Assembly (NCBI GenBank): GCA_017457305.1
Contig: JAFTHP010000044.1
Span: 118,411 to 182,410 of the forward strand
Length of the DNA stretch: 64,000 bases
From: Clostridia bacterium
GTDB taxonomy: Bacteria; Bacillota; Clostridia; Christensenellales; CAG-314
Reading direction: 5' to 3'
Positions 28,117-36,784 of the stretch are shown here, piece by piece. The notes beneath the pieces were generated by a model, which was not told where the DNA came from, made no database searches, and was given only the letters and a program-made list of their open reading frames with translations. The position numbers were made by a program, and so were the translations under genes. The stretch's first letter is position 1, and the number at the start of each line of letters is the position of its first letter.

Positions 28117-29559
28117 ATGAACTATTCCGTAATTCTACGCACGTTGGGCAACATGGTGCTGTTCGAAGCGTTATTTTTGACAGTTCCACTTGTAACTGCC
28201 GCAATATACTGGGAAGCAGCCTTTTGGATGTATCTCATCACCATTGCAATATGCGTTGCAGTTGGAGCACTGTGTTTGCTCATCAAATCAAAAGATAAAA
28301 ACGTATACTCCAAGGAAGCCTTTGTAATTGTTGCACTTGGCTGGATTGTAATGAGTCTTTTTGGCGCGTTGCCATTTGTTATGACTCAAGAAATCCCATC
28401 CTACGTGGACGCTCTGTTCGAAACAGTCAGCGGATTTACCACCACTGGAGCCTCCATTTTGAACGGTTCTCAAATAGAATCAATGTCTAAAGCCAATCTT
28501 ATGTGGCGTAGCTTTACCCACTGGCTAGGCGGTATGGGCGTACTGGTGTTCATCATGGCATTTTTGCCACTTAGTGGCGCAAAAAATATGAACATATTGA
28601 AGGCTGAAAGCCCCGGGCCACAGGTAAGCAAGATTGTTCCAAGGGTAAGACAAACCGCCCGCATTTTGTACATTATCTACACAACACTTACGGTAGTTGA
28701 ACTGGTTCTTTTGCTGGTAGGTGGCATGCCATTGTTCGACGCTATCACTACGTCGTTTGCAACAGCTGGTACTGGTGGCTTTGCAGTAAAAAGTGACAGT
28801 TTGACAAGCTATTCGCCCTATCTCAAGTGGGTGGTAACAATATTTATGCTGTTGTTCTCCATCAACTTCAACTCCTACTTTTTGCTGACTAAACGCAAGT
28901 GGAAGGAAGCGCTAAATGCCGAAGTTAGAGCATTTATCATCATTGTGTTTGTTGCAATTGGCATCATCATAGCAAACTTGTGTTTTAGTGGCGGATACAC
29001 CTTTGCACAAGCGGTTGGTCAAGCCCCATTTACCGTAGCATCCATTATTTCCACCACAGGATTTGTCGTAAACGACTTCAACCTGTGGCCAACGCTATCC
29101 AAAACAGTGCTGGTATGGCTGATGTTTATTGGCGCGTGCGCAGGAAGCACCGGCGGCGGAATAAAAGTTTCCCGTTGGTTGATGTATATACGAAGCACCA
29201 CCAACGAAATTGGCCACATCATCCACCCAAAACAAGTAAAAAAGATAACGCTAGACAAAAAGGTTGTCGAACACGATGTTGTGCGCTCGCTAAACGCCTT
29301 CTTTGTTGCCTTCTTTGTAATCTTTGGATTGTCCGTGCTGGCCGTTTCCATCGAAGGATACGACTTTACAACCAACTTTTCCGCAGTTGCCGCCACCATT
29401 AACAACGTTGGACCTGGACTAAACTTGGTTGGACCTGCTGGAAACTTTGGCTTCTTCTCCGCACCCACAAAGCTAGTGCTTATCTTTGATATGCTAGCTG
29501 GCAGATTGGAAGTCTTCCCAATGCTCGTCCTATTCTCCCCAAAAACTTGGAAAAAATAA
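28117..29559 (+). CDS. trkH: Trk/Ktr potassium transporter membrane subunit TrkH
   Basis: 480 aa polytopic protein with repeated selectivity-filter-like motifs (GFTTTGAS, TAGTGGF, STTGF, CAGSTGGGIKV). Confidence 0.9.
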   Translation: MNYSVILRTLGNMVLFEALFLTVPLVTAAIYWEAAFWMYLITIAICVAVGALCLLIKSKDKNVYSKEAFVIVALGWIVMSLFGALPFVMTQEIPSYVDALFETVSGFTTTGASILNGSQIESMSKANLMWRSFTHWLGGMGVLVFIMAFLPLSGAKNMNILKAESPGPQVSKIVPRVRQTARILYIIYTTLTVVELVLLLVGGMPLFDAITTSFATAGTGGFAVKSDSLTSYSPYLKWVVTIFMLLFSINFNSYFLLTKRKWKEALNAEVRAFIIIVFVAIGIIIANLCFSGGYTFAQAVGQAPFTVASIISTTGFVVNDFNLWPTLSKTVLVWLMFIGACAGSTGGGIKVSRWLMYIRSTTNEIGHIIHPKQVKKITLDKKVVEHDVVRSLNAFFVAFFVIFGLSVLAVSIEGYDFTTNFSAVAATINNVGPGLNLVGPAGNFGFFSAPTKLVLIFDMLAGRLEVFPMLVLFSPKTWKK

Positions 29560-29573
29560 TAAATGTAAAAAAG

Positions 29574-29615
29574 AAATGCACCTCGCAGGTTAAACCCTTT
29601 CGAGGTGCATTTTTA
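29574..29615. terminator. Bidirectional terminator (trkH on the plus strand; probably also the giant minus-strand gene)
   Basis: AAATGCACCTCG...CGAGGTGCATTT 12-bp stem with an A-rich 5' flank and a T-rich 3' flank. Confidence 0.75.
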
Positions 29616-29748
29616 TTGTGTTTTAATCTTGCATTTATCCTTGTGCAACAGCTACAAAAGTTGCAAATTTATCCCTATTCACAATTGCGTCAGCAGAGTT
29701 TTCCCTCTTGTTGCGCAAGATTGAAATCTATAATACCAAATGGATTGA

Positions 29749-32700
29749 TCACTTTTCTTCTATGTTCAAAACTGTAGTTGGATCAATGGTTTTTCCATCT
29801 GCATCACGTATTTCAAAATGGAGGTGGCTACCCGATTTATACTCATTGCCTGATGCTTCGGCTACAGTAGCAATAACTTGTCCTTTTGCAACAGTCTGAC
29901 CAACTTCCAATCCAGGCGCTTCTTCAACAAAACGATATACAAGTGTATAGCCGTTATCACAGCTGATTATCACTTCTGTTCCATGCAAAATATCATCCTT
30001 GTAGATATTATTAACTGTTCCACTATAAATAGCATAAACTTCTGTACCCACTTCGGCAGCGAAATCTAATCCTTGATGCTCATAGTAGCTATTCAGGGTT
30101 TCATTGTGGTAGAATCCATAATCTGCAAGAATTACCACGTTTTCCACTGGTGTAATTACAGCATCTTCTTCTACGCTGTACGAGTATCCACAGGTTTCAC
30201 ATGTAAACGTGGTAAAAGCTGGTGTGGTTTCTGTTTGCGGTGTTTTTACAGCAATATAGTCATGCCCTAACGCCTTGATTTCCGCATCCACATAGTTGTC
30301 TCCACAATGATCGCAAGTGTGTGAAGTGTAACCTTTTTCTGTGCATGTGGGAGCTACCGCTACAGCTGTATAGGAGTGCCCTAACGCCTTGATTTCCGCA
30401 TCCACATAGTTGTCTCCACAATGATCGCAAGTGTGTGAAGTGTAACCTTTTTCTGTGCATGTGGGAGCTACCACTACAGCTGTATAGGAGTGCTCTGATG
30501 CATACCAATAGCAATTACTAGACGTACTATTAAGATATGTTGCATTTTGTGATGCATCGGACAAATCCAAAAATTTTCCACTTGTTGCGCCCTTAGTTTG
30601 CGTAACATACCAGCAATTTCTTTCAAATGTTACACTTGATAAACTGCTACAATTGTAGAATGCAGAATAACCAATAGAGGTTACGTTATCGGGAATTGTG
30701 ATGTTTATCAAACTACTGCAATTGTAGAACGCAGAACCACCAATAGATGTTACACTATCTGGAATAGTGATGCTTGTTAGGCTACCGCAACCATAGAACG
30801 CATAATTGCCAATAGACGTTACGCTATCTGGGATTACCAGTTCTGTTACTAGTTGGTTATCTACATATAGGTTGTCTGCCCGACACAAAGGATTTGCAGA
30901 ACCACCGCTAAAAGATATGTTGCACCAAGAGGCAATATCTGTGATATATACATTTGTAAGACTACTGCAACCTTCGAACGCAATACTGCCAATAGATGTT
31001 ACGCTATCTGAGATGGTGATACTTGTAAGACTACTGCAATCACGGAACGCCCATTCACCAATAGATGAACCACCAGTTATTACTACTGATTTGAGAGAGG
31101 ATGGTACATAGCTGCTGTTAATAGAAGGACTACTTGCTCCAAAAATGTATCCAAAGTGAGTGTTACTTGTACCATTGAGAGTTGCACCCACAAATGGGAT
31201 GGTGATACTTGTTAGACTACTGCAATAACTGAACGCATCCCTACCAATAGATGTTACGCTATCGGGGATAGTGATGGTTGTAAGACTACTGCAATAACTG
31301 AACGCATACTCACCAATAGACGTTACGCTATCGGGGATAGTGATGGTTGTAAGACTATTGCAACCACTGAACGCATTACTACCAATAGATGTTACGCTAT
31401 CGGGGATAGTGATGGTTGTTAGACTACTGCAACCATCGAACGCAGAACTACCAATAGATGTTACGCTATTGCCAATGGTTACACTTGTAAGACTACTGCA
31501 ATATTCAAACGCATCCATACCAATAGACGTTACGCTATCGGGGATAGCGATATTTATAAGACTACTACAATTGTAAAATGCATAGTCACCAATTGATGTC
31601 ACGCTATTGGGGATAGTAATACTTGTAAGACTATTGCAACCAGAAAACGCTTCATTTGCGATAATTGTAGTACCATCATTAACCACACATTCTTCAATTG
31701 TAGTTTTTGCATCAATTAGACAGTTATCAATATACAATACCTTGTTTTGCCAATTATCAGTGTTATTGTAGTATTCAGTGTTGTAGAACGCCTCACGACC
31801 AATAGATGTTACGCTATCTGGGATTGTGATACTTGTAAGACGACTGCAACCACAGAACGCATCCTCACCAATAGACATTACGCTATTGCCAATGGTTACA
31901 CTTGTAAGACGACTGCAATAGTAGAACGCATCCTCACCAATAGACGTTACGCTATCGGGGATAGTGATGCTTACTAAACTACTGCAATTGTAGAACGCAG
32001 AATAACCAATAGATGTTACGCCATTACCAATGGTTACACTTGTTAGACTACTGCACTTGTAGAACGCATAAACACTAATAGATGTTACACCATTGCCAAT
32101 GTAGGCATTTTTGATAGAGTAACCATCAACATAGAATGGAGTGTTACTCGATGTGTAATCTTTCATTGCTCCCGTGCCCTTGATGTATGCATCATACAAG
32201 CCATCTGCGCGAGGAACAACATACCCACGAACATTGTCATCAGTTGTTGCAGACATATTGTAGGTTTCAACTGCTACATTTTTGATGTTTTCCGCACAGT
32301 AGACACACGTATCTGCTTCTTGGAAATCATGCGCGCCGTTGGTTTCAACATAATTATCTTTGTAGTTATCCCCACAAACAGCACATGTGTGCAAAGTATA
32401 TCCTTGTGATGTGCAAGTTGATTCAACTATTGTTTCTTCATAACTGTGACCAGTTTTATCAACAACAACAAGACGTACTAGACCACAATCAGAACAAGAG
32501 TAAAGGTCTTTTCCATCAGTTTGACAATCCGCCGTCGTCAACGAGTGGAATTTTTGCCAAGTGTGTTCAATTGTTTGGGTTGTACCATCGCTATACGTGA
32601 TAACCGTGTTGCCGTTTTCATCAAAAGCTGTATTTACGATGCTAACGCCTTGTGGACCTTGTGGGCCAACTGTGCTTTGCTCACCTTTTACGTTTCCACA

Positions 32701-35700
32701 ATCAATAACTGTATCATCTGTTAGGGTAATAATCAGTTTTCCTTCTTCATTTACTGCAACAGACTTGATACCTACCCCATCCGTACCATTAGCGCCACTT
32801 GCCTTTACACCAAGAGACGTCCATGTTGCTCCGTTATCATAAGAAACATACCAGTAGTTATCTGCGCCAATCTTGAGTTGAGGGGTGATACCATCTTCGC
32901 CATCCTTACCTGGGTTGCCCTGTGGTCCTTGTGGGCCAACATCACCCTTGATGCCTTCGGCAAGAACGTTGGTGTTTATGCCATCAATGTACCAGTATCC
33001 ACCTTGAATTGTAATTACTGGTGTGTGACCATCAACACCAGGTACACCTTGAATGCCTTGAATACCCTGTTCCCCATTTTGGCCATCTTTACCATTTGTT
33101 ACTGTGAACGTTGTTGTTGTACCATCGGTGAATGTAATTGTGTATGTATCTACTAGCCCTTCGTTGGAAGTTTTGTCGATGGAACTAATTCCATTACCAT
33201 CTTCACCCTGTGGTCCTTGTGGGCCAACTGTGCCTTGCTCTCCCTTTACATTTCCGCAATCAATAACTGTATCATCAGTTAAGGTTATAATTAGTTTTCC
33301 TTCTTCATTTACTGCAACAGACTTGATACCTACCCCATCAGTACCATTGGCGCCAGTTGCTTGCACACCTAGAGACGTCCAAGTTGCTCCGTTATCATAA
33401 GAAACATACCAGTAGTTATCTGTGTCAATCTTGAGTTGTGGTGTTACACCGTTTGTTCCAGTAGAATCTTGTGTGTCTTCGGGGTTAGAAGAATCTGGAT
33501 TCTGCTCAATTGTATCGGTGTAGTACCAATGATTAGCTGAATATTCCGCTTTTAGATATGATGCATTTTGAGAAATATCCGACAAGTCCAATACTTTTCC
33601 GCTTGTTTCACCAGCATTACCAATATACCAGTAACTTGGCTTTTCAAATGTTGCAGACACAAGATTTGAACAACCAGAGAAAGCCATTGCTCCTATAGTT
33701 GTAACACTGCTAGGAATTGTTATTTCTGTTAAACCAGTGCAATTATTAAAAGCGTATTCGCCAATAGCGTTTACTATTTCTGGAATAATGACGTTATTCA
33801 ACCTACTACATCCGTCAAACGCGTTATTTCCTATAATAAGCAAGCTGTTTGGCAGTTCAATATTTGTCAAACTTGTGCAAGAAGAGAATACTCCATCTGC
33901 TATAACAGTTGTGCCTTGTTTTACTACGCATGTTTCAATGGTTGATTTTGCCGCTATGAGGCAGTTACCTATGTAAAGAACCTTGTTTTGCCAGTTATCA
34001 GAATTATTAAAATAGGCCGTCCCCCAAAATGCACTGGGACCAATCTCTAAAGAGCCTTCAATAATAATACTGGAAAGATAATGACAATTTATAAAAGCAC
34101 CAGATCCAATACTTGTAACACTATCTGGGATAAAAATGCTAGCAATGTTTGCACCGTCAAATAGAGAACCTCCTATGCTGGTAACACCATTTTCAATGTA
34201 GGCGTTGGAAATATTGTAACCATCTTCAATAAACGGACTTTCTCCATAATTCAATGTTGCCCCAGTACCTTTGATGTAGGCATCATAGGTGCCATCCATG
34301 CGAGCAACAACATAAGCTTTTACATCGTCGTCAGTTGTTGCTGACATATTGTAAACTTCCACTGCAATATCAGAGATATCTGCCTCACAATATGCGCAAG
34401 TATTTGATTGTTGGAAATCGTGAGATCCATTTGTTTCAACAAAGCTATCATTGTAGCTATCGTCACAAATAGAGCAAGTGTGCAATGTATACCCTTGAGA
34501 TGTGCACGTTGGTGCAAAAACTGTTTGAATATAGTTATGCTCAGTTTTTGCCACAGTAACTACACGTACAAGATTGCAATCGGCACAGGAATAAAGTTCT
34601 TTGCCCTCTGTTTGACAATCTGCTTTTGTCAATGAGTATAGTTTTTCCCAAGTGTGCTCTATCACTTGTGTTGTACCATCACTGTATGTGATGACTGTGT
34701 TACCATCTTCATCAAAAGCAGTATTTACAATGCTAACACCTTGATTACCTTGGGGACCAACCGGGCCTAGTTCGCCATCGGCACCCGTTGCTTTTACACC
34801 AAGTGATGCCCAAGTTGCACCATTATCGTAAGAGATGTACCAATAGTTATCCTCGCCAATTTTGAGTTGTGGCGTAATACCGTCAATTCCATCTTCGCCA
34901 TCTTTACCAGGGGTACCTTGAGGGCCAGCAGGGCCTTGTTCTCCTTGTGGACCTTGTTCTCCTCGATCACCTTGTACGCCTTGGGCAAGTACGTTAGTAT
35001 TTACTCCATCAATATACCAGTATCCACCCTGGATGGTAATAACTGGTGTGTGTCCGTCGATGCCTGGTACACCTTGAATACCTTGGATACCTTGTTCCCC
35101 GTTTTGACCATCCTTACCATTGGTTACAGTAAAAGTTGTGGTTGTGCCATCTGTGTAAGTGATGGTATAGGTATCAACAAAACCATCGGTATTTGTTTTC
35201 AAAATGGAAGCAATGCCTTTACCTGGAGCACCTTGGGCGCCGTTAGATCCTGTAGCTTTTACCCCCAAAGATGTCCAAGTTGTTCCATTATCGTAGGAAA
35301 CATACCAATAGTTATCTTCGCCAATTCTTAGTTGTGGTGTTGTTCCATTGATACCATTTTCGCCAGCAGGGCCTCGTTCGCCATCGGCACCCGTTGCTTT
35401 TACACCAAGTGATGCCCAAGTTGCACCATTATCGTAGGATATGTACCAATAGTTATCCTCGCCAATTTTGAGTTGTGGCGTAATACCGTCAGCTCCATCT
35501 TCGCCATCTTTACCAGGATTGCCTTGTGGACCTTGCGGACCAGTTTCCCCCTGTGGGCCCTGTACGGTGCCACAATCAATGACTATATCGTTGGTCAAAG
35601 TGACAACAAGTTTACCTTGCTCGTTGACCAATACCGACTTGATGCCAACACCATCCTTACCGTCTATTCCATTTGCACCATCTTTTCCCTTGATGGAGTC

Positions 35701-35871
35701 AATAAAATCTTGCAAGGTGCCTGTATAGCCCAACTCCTGAGCCTCGGCATATGCTGTTTCGTAAGTGAACACTGTGCCCCAACCATCGTTGTCTGTTTGG
35801 TCGCAAGCTACAAGAGCAAGGCTGCCAACCAAAACAATAGCCAACAAAACGAGCAATAGATTCCTTTTCAT
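29749..35871 (-). CDS. Giant (2040 aa) surface lipoprotein: collagen-like GXY tracts, DNYWY(V/I)SYDNGATW modules, Cys-motif modules, two BspA-type leucine-rich-repeat arrays, C-terminal M23 (LytM) peptidase domain
   Basis: Signal peptide with lipobox LVAC. GXY runs (GPQGETGPQGPQGNPGKDGEDG). About 30 repeats of the IPDSVTSIGxxAFxxCSSLTSITI type. C-terminal HQGLD...GSHLHFE (HxxxD and HxH). AAGGAG RBS. Confidence 0.85.
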   Translation of the reverse strand: MKRNLLLVLLAIVLVGSLALVACDQTDNDGWGTVFTYETAYAEAQELGYTGTLQDFIDSIKGKDGANGIDGKDGVGIKSVLVNEQGKLVVTLTNDIVIDCGTVQGPQGETGPQGPQGNPGKDGEDGADGITPQLKIGEDNYWYISYDNGATWASLGVKATGADGERGPAGENGINGTTPQLRIGEDNYWYVSYDNGTTWTSLGVKATGSNGAQGAPGKGIASILKTNTDGFVDTYTITYTDGTTTTFTVTNGKDGQNGEQGIQGIQGVPGIDGHTPVITIQGGYWYIDGVNTNVLAQGVQGDRGEQGPQGEQGPAGPQGTPGKDGEDGIDGITPQLKIGEDNYWYISYDNGATWASLGVKATGADGELGPVGPQGNQGVSIVNTAFDEDGNTVITYSDGTTQVIEHTWEKLYSLTKADCQTEGKELYSCADCNLVRVVTVAKTEHNYIQTVFAPTCTSQGYTLHTCSICDDSYNDSFVETNGSHDFQQSNTCAYCEADISDIAVEVYNMSATTDDDVKAYVVARMDGTYDAYIKGTGATLNYGESPFIEDGYNISNAYIENGVTSIGGSLFDGANIASIFIPDSVTSIGSGAFINCHYLSSIIIEGSLEIGPSAFWGTAYFNNSDNWQNKVLYIGNCLIAAKSTIETCVVKQGTTVIADGVFSSCTSLTNIELPNSLLIIGNNAFDGCSRLNNVIIPEIVNAIGEYAFNNCTGLTEITIPSSVTTIGAMAFSGCSNLVSATFEKPSYWYIGNAGETSGKVLDLSDISQNASYLKAEYSANHWYYTDTIEQNPDSSNPEDTQDSTGTNGVTPQLKIDTDNYWYVSYDNGATWTSLGVQATGANGTDGVGIKSVAVNEEGKLIITLTDDTVIDCGNVKGEQGTVGPQGPQGEDGNGISSIDKTSNEGLVDTYTITFTDGTTTTFTVTNGKDGQNGEQGIQGIQGVPGVDGHTPVITIQGGYWYIDGINTNVLAEGIKGDVGPQGPQGNPGKDGEDGITPQLKIGADNYWYVSYDNGATWTSLGVKASGANGTDGVGIKSVAVNEEGKLIITLTDDTVIDCGNVKGEQSTVGPQGPQGVSIVNTAFDENGNTVITYSDGTTQTIEHTWQKFHSLTTADCQTDGKDLYSCSDCGLVRLVVVDKTGHSYEETIVESTCTSQGYTLHTCAVCGDNYKDNYVETNGAHDFQEADTCVYCAENIKNVAVETYNMSATTDDNVRGYVVPRADGLYDAYIKGTGAMKDYTSSNTPFYVDGYSIKNAYIGNGVTSISVYAFYKCSSLTSVTIGNGVTSIGYSAFYNCSSLVSITIPDSVTSIGEDAFYYCSRLTSVTIGNSVMSIGEDAFCGCSRLTSITIPDSVTSIGREAFYNTEYYNNTDNWQNKVLYIDNCLIDAKTTIEECVVNDGTTIIANEAFSGCNSLTSITIPNSVTSIGDYAFYNCSSLINIAIPDSVTSIGMDAFEYCSSLTSVTIGNSVTSIGSSAFDGCSSLTTITIPDSVTSIGSNAFSGCNSLTTITIPDSVTSIGEYAFSYCSSLTTITIPDSVTSIGRDAFSYCSSLTSITIPFVGATLNGTSNTHFGYIFGASSPSINSSYVPSSLKSVVITGGSSIGEWAFRDCSSLTSITISDSVTSIGSIAFEGCSSLTNVYITDIASWCNISFSGGSANPLCRADNLYVDNQLVTELVIPDSVTSIGNYAFYGCGSLTSITIPDSVTSIGGSAFYNCSSLINITIPDNVTSIGYSAFYNCSSLSSVTFERNCWYVTQTKGATSGKFLDLSDASQNATYLNSTSSNCYWYASEHSYTAVVVAPTCTEKGYTSHTCDHCGDNYVDAEIKALGHSYTAVAVAPTCTEKGYTSHTCDHCGDNYVDAEIKALGHDYIAVKTPQTETTPAFTTFTCETCGYSYSVEEDAVITPVENVVILADYGFYHNETLNSYYEHQGLDFAAEVGTEVYAIYSGTVNNIYKDDILHGTEVIISCDNGYTLVYRFVEEAPGLEVGQTVAKGQVIATVAEASGNEYKSGSHLHFEIRDADGKTIDPTTVLNIEEK
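30264..30491 (-). repeat. Near-perfect in-frame tandem duplication, 2 x 114 bp, inside the giant gene
   Basis: 30264-30377 and 30378-30491 differ at one base by eye. Each encodes ...APTCTEKGYTSHTCDHCGDNYVDAEIKALGH... Confidence 0.9.
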
Positions 35872-35906
35872 GTTGATTCTCCTTACTTAAAAATTTGTGA
35901 TATATC

Positions 35907-35944
35907 AAAAAAACAAAAGTGCGCCATCGCAAGCGATGACGCAC
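35907..35944 (-). terminator. Terminator-like hairpin with U-run, located between mini-HTH gene 1 and the giant gene start
   Basis: Minus strand GTGCGTCATCGC-tt-GCGATGGCGCAC followed by TTTTGTTTTTTT. Only about 35 nt remain before the giant gene ATG. Confidence 0.65.
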
Positions 35945-36011
35945 GTAAAATGTGTTTTCCGCTTGTAGCGAAACAGTTTACTCATCTAATAGTAAAGTAT
36001 ATTGATAATTT

Positions 36012-36227
36012 TTAGCCTATTCTGTATGTGTTTCCGTTTGAATCAAATATTACTTCCTGCAAATGCTTTTCCCACATATAATCCCTAATATCATTGATAT
36101 ATCGGTAAAACGTGGATTCCGAAATTCCATATTTTAGATAACATGTTTTGCTATTGATTATGTTGCCCTTTTTCAAGTCGTCAAACATATCTAGCACAAC
36201 GAAAGGTTTTGTATACTTTTTTGTCAC
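36012..36227 (-). CDS. Mini HTH protein, 71 aa (paralog 1)
   Basis: ...KTCYLKYGISESTFYRYINDIRDYMWEKHLQEV... GTG start, weak RBS. Synonymous-rich divergence from paralog 2 supports real coding. Confidence 0.6.
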   Translation of the reverse strand: MTKKYTKPFVVLDMFDDLKKGNIINSKTCYLKYGISESTFYRYINDIRDYMWEKHLQEVIFDSNGNTYRIG

Positions 36228-36344
36228 AATCAGGTAGTAAACGAATAAATGTAAAAAATAGGTTTGTCTTTTGTTTGTTCATTTTTTACTATTATAGCAA
36301 ACCACCCCTGTCAGTTTTTGACAGTAGAAACACTGTATATTAAT

Positions 36345-36551
36345 TTATTTGATAATTTTATACGTATCTTCCTGCGCTATGTAAACAACCTCTTGCAAAT
36401 TCCTTTCCCAAAGGTATTCTCGTATGTCGCACAAATAGCGATAAAACGTCGATTCCGAAATTCCATATCTATCTTTACATGTTTTTATTTTGACAGTTTT
36501 TCCGCTTGCCAACTCTTGATAAATATCTAGTACAACAAGTGATTTTTTCAA
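36345..36551 (-). CDS. Mini HTH protein, 68 aa (paralog 2)
   Basis: ...KTCKDRYGISESTFYRYLCDIREYLWERNLQEV... TTG start. Confidence 0.6.
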   Translation of the reverse strand: MKKSLVVLDIYQELASGKTVKIKTCKDRYGISESTFYRYLCDIREYLWERNLQEVVYIAQEDTYKIIK

Positions 36552-36702
36552 TATAGTAGTTCAAAGCGCTTTTCTCCTTAAATTTATTTACCGGCAAATA
36601 AATAGTATCATAAATCCAACCATTATTTGTCGACCTGTTTTTCCAAAACACAAGCAAATGATGCTCAATTGACTGGAAAATCGTGGTTAACGTTCTAAAA
36701 AT

Positions 36703-36728
36703 AAAAAAAGCACGAATACTTTCGCGCC
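36703..36728 (-). terminator. Terminator after the XRE-TM-M23 gene
   Basis: Minus strand GCGCGAA-agta-TTCGTGC followed by T7. Confidence 0.6.
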
Positions 36729-36784
36729 TTTTTCGTTGCAAACCTATTCGGTTTACTTTGGTTATTTCTATCTAAAAGCTAATT

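Noticed and set aside
30260-30514. 84-aa minus-strand ORF with an internally repeated sequence
   Set aside because: It is an alternative frame of the 2 x 114-bp tandem duplication inside the giant gene. The repeat in the peptide simply mirrors the DNA repeat.
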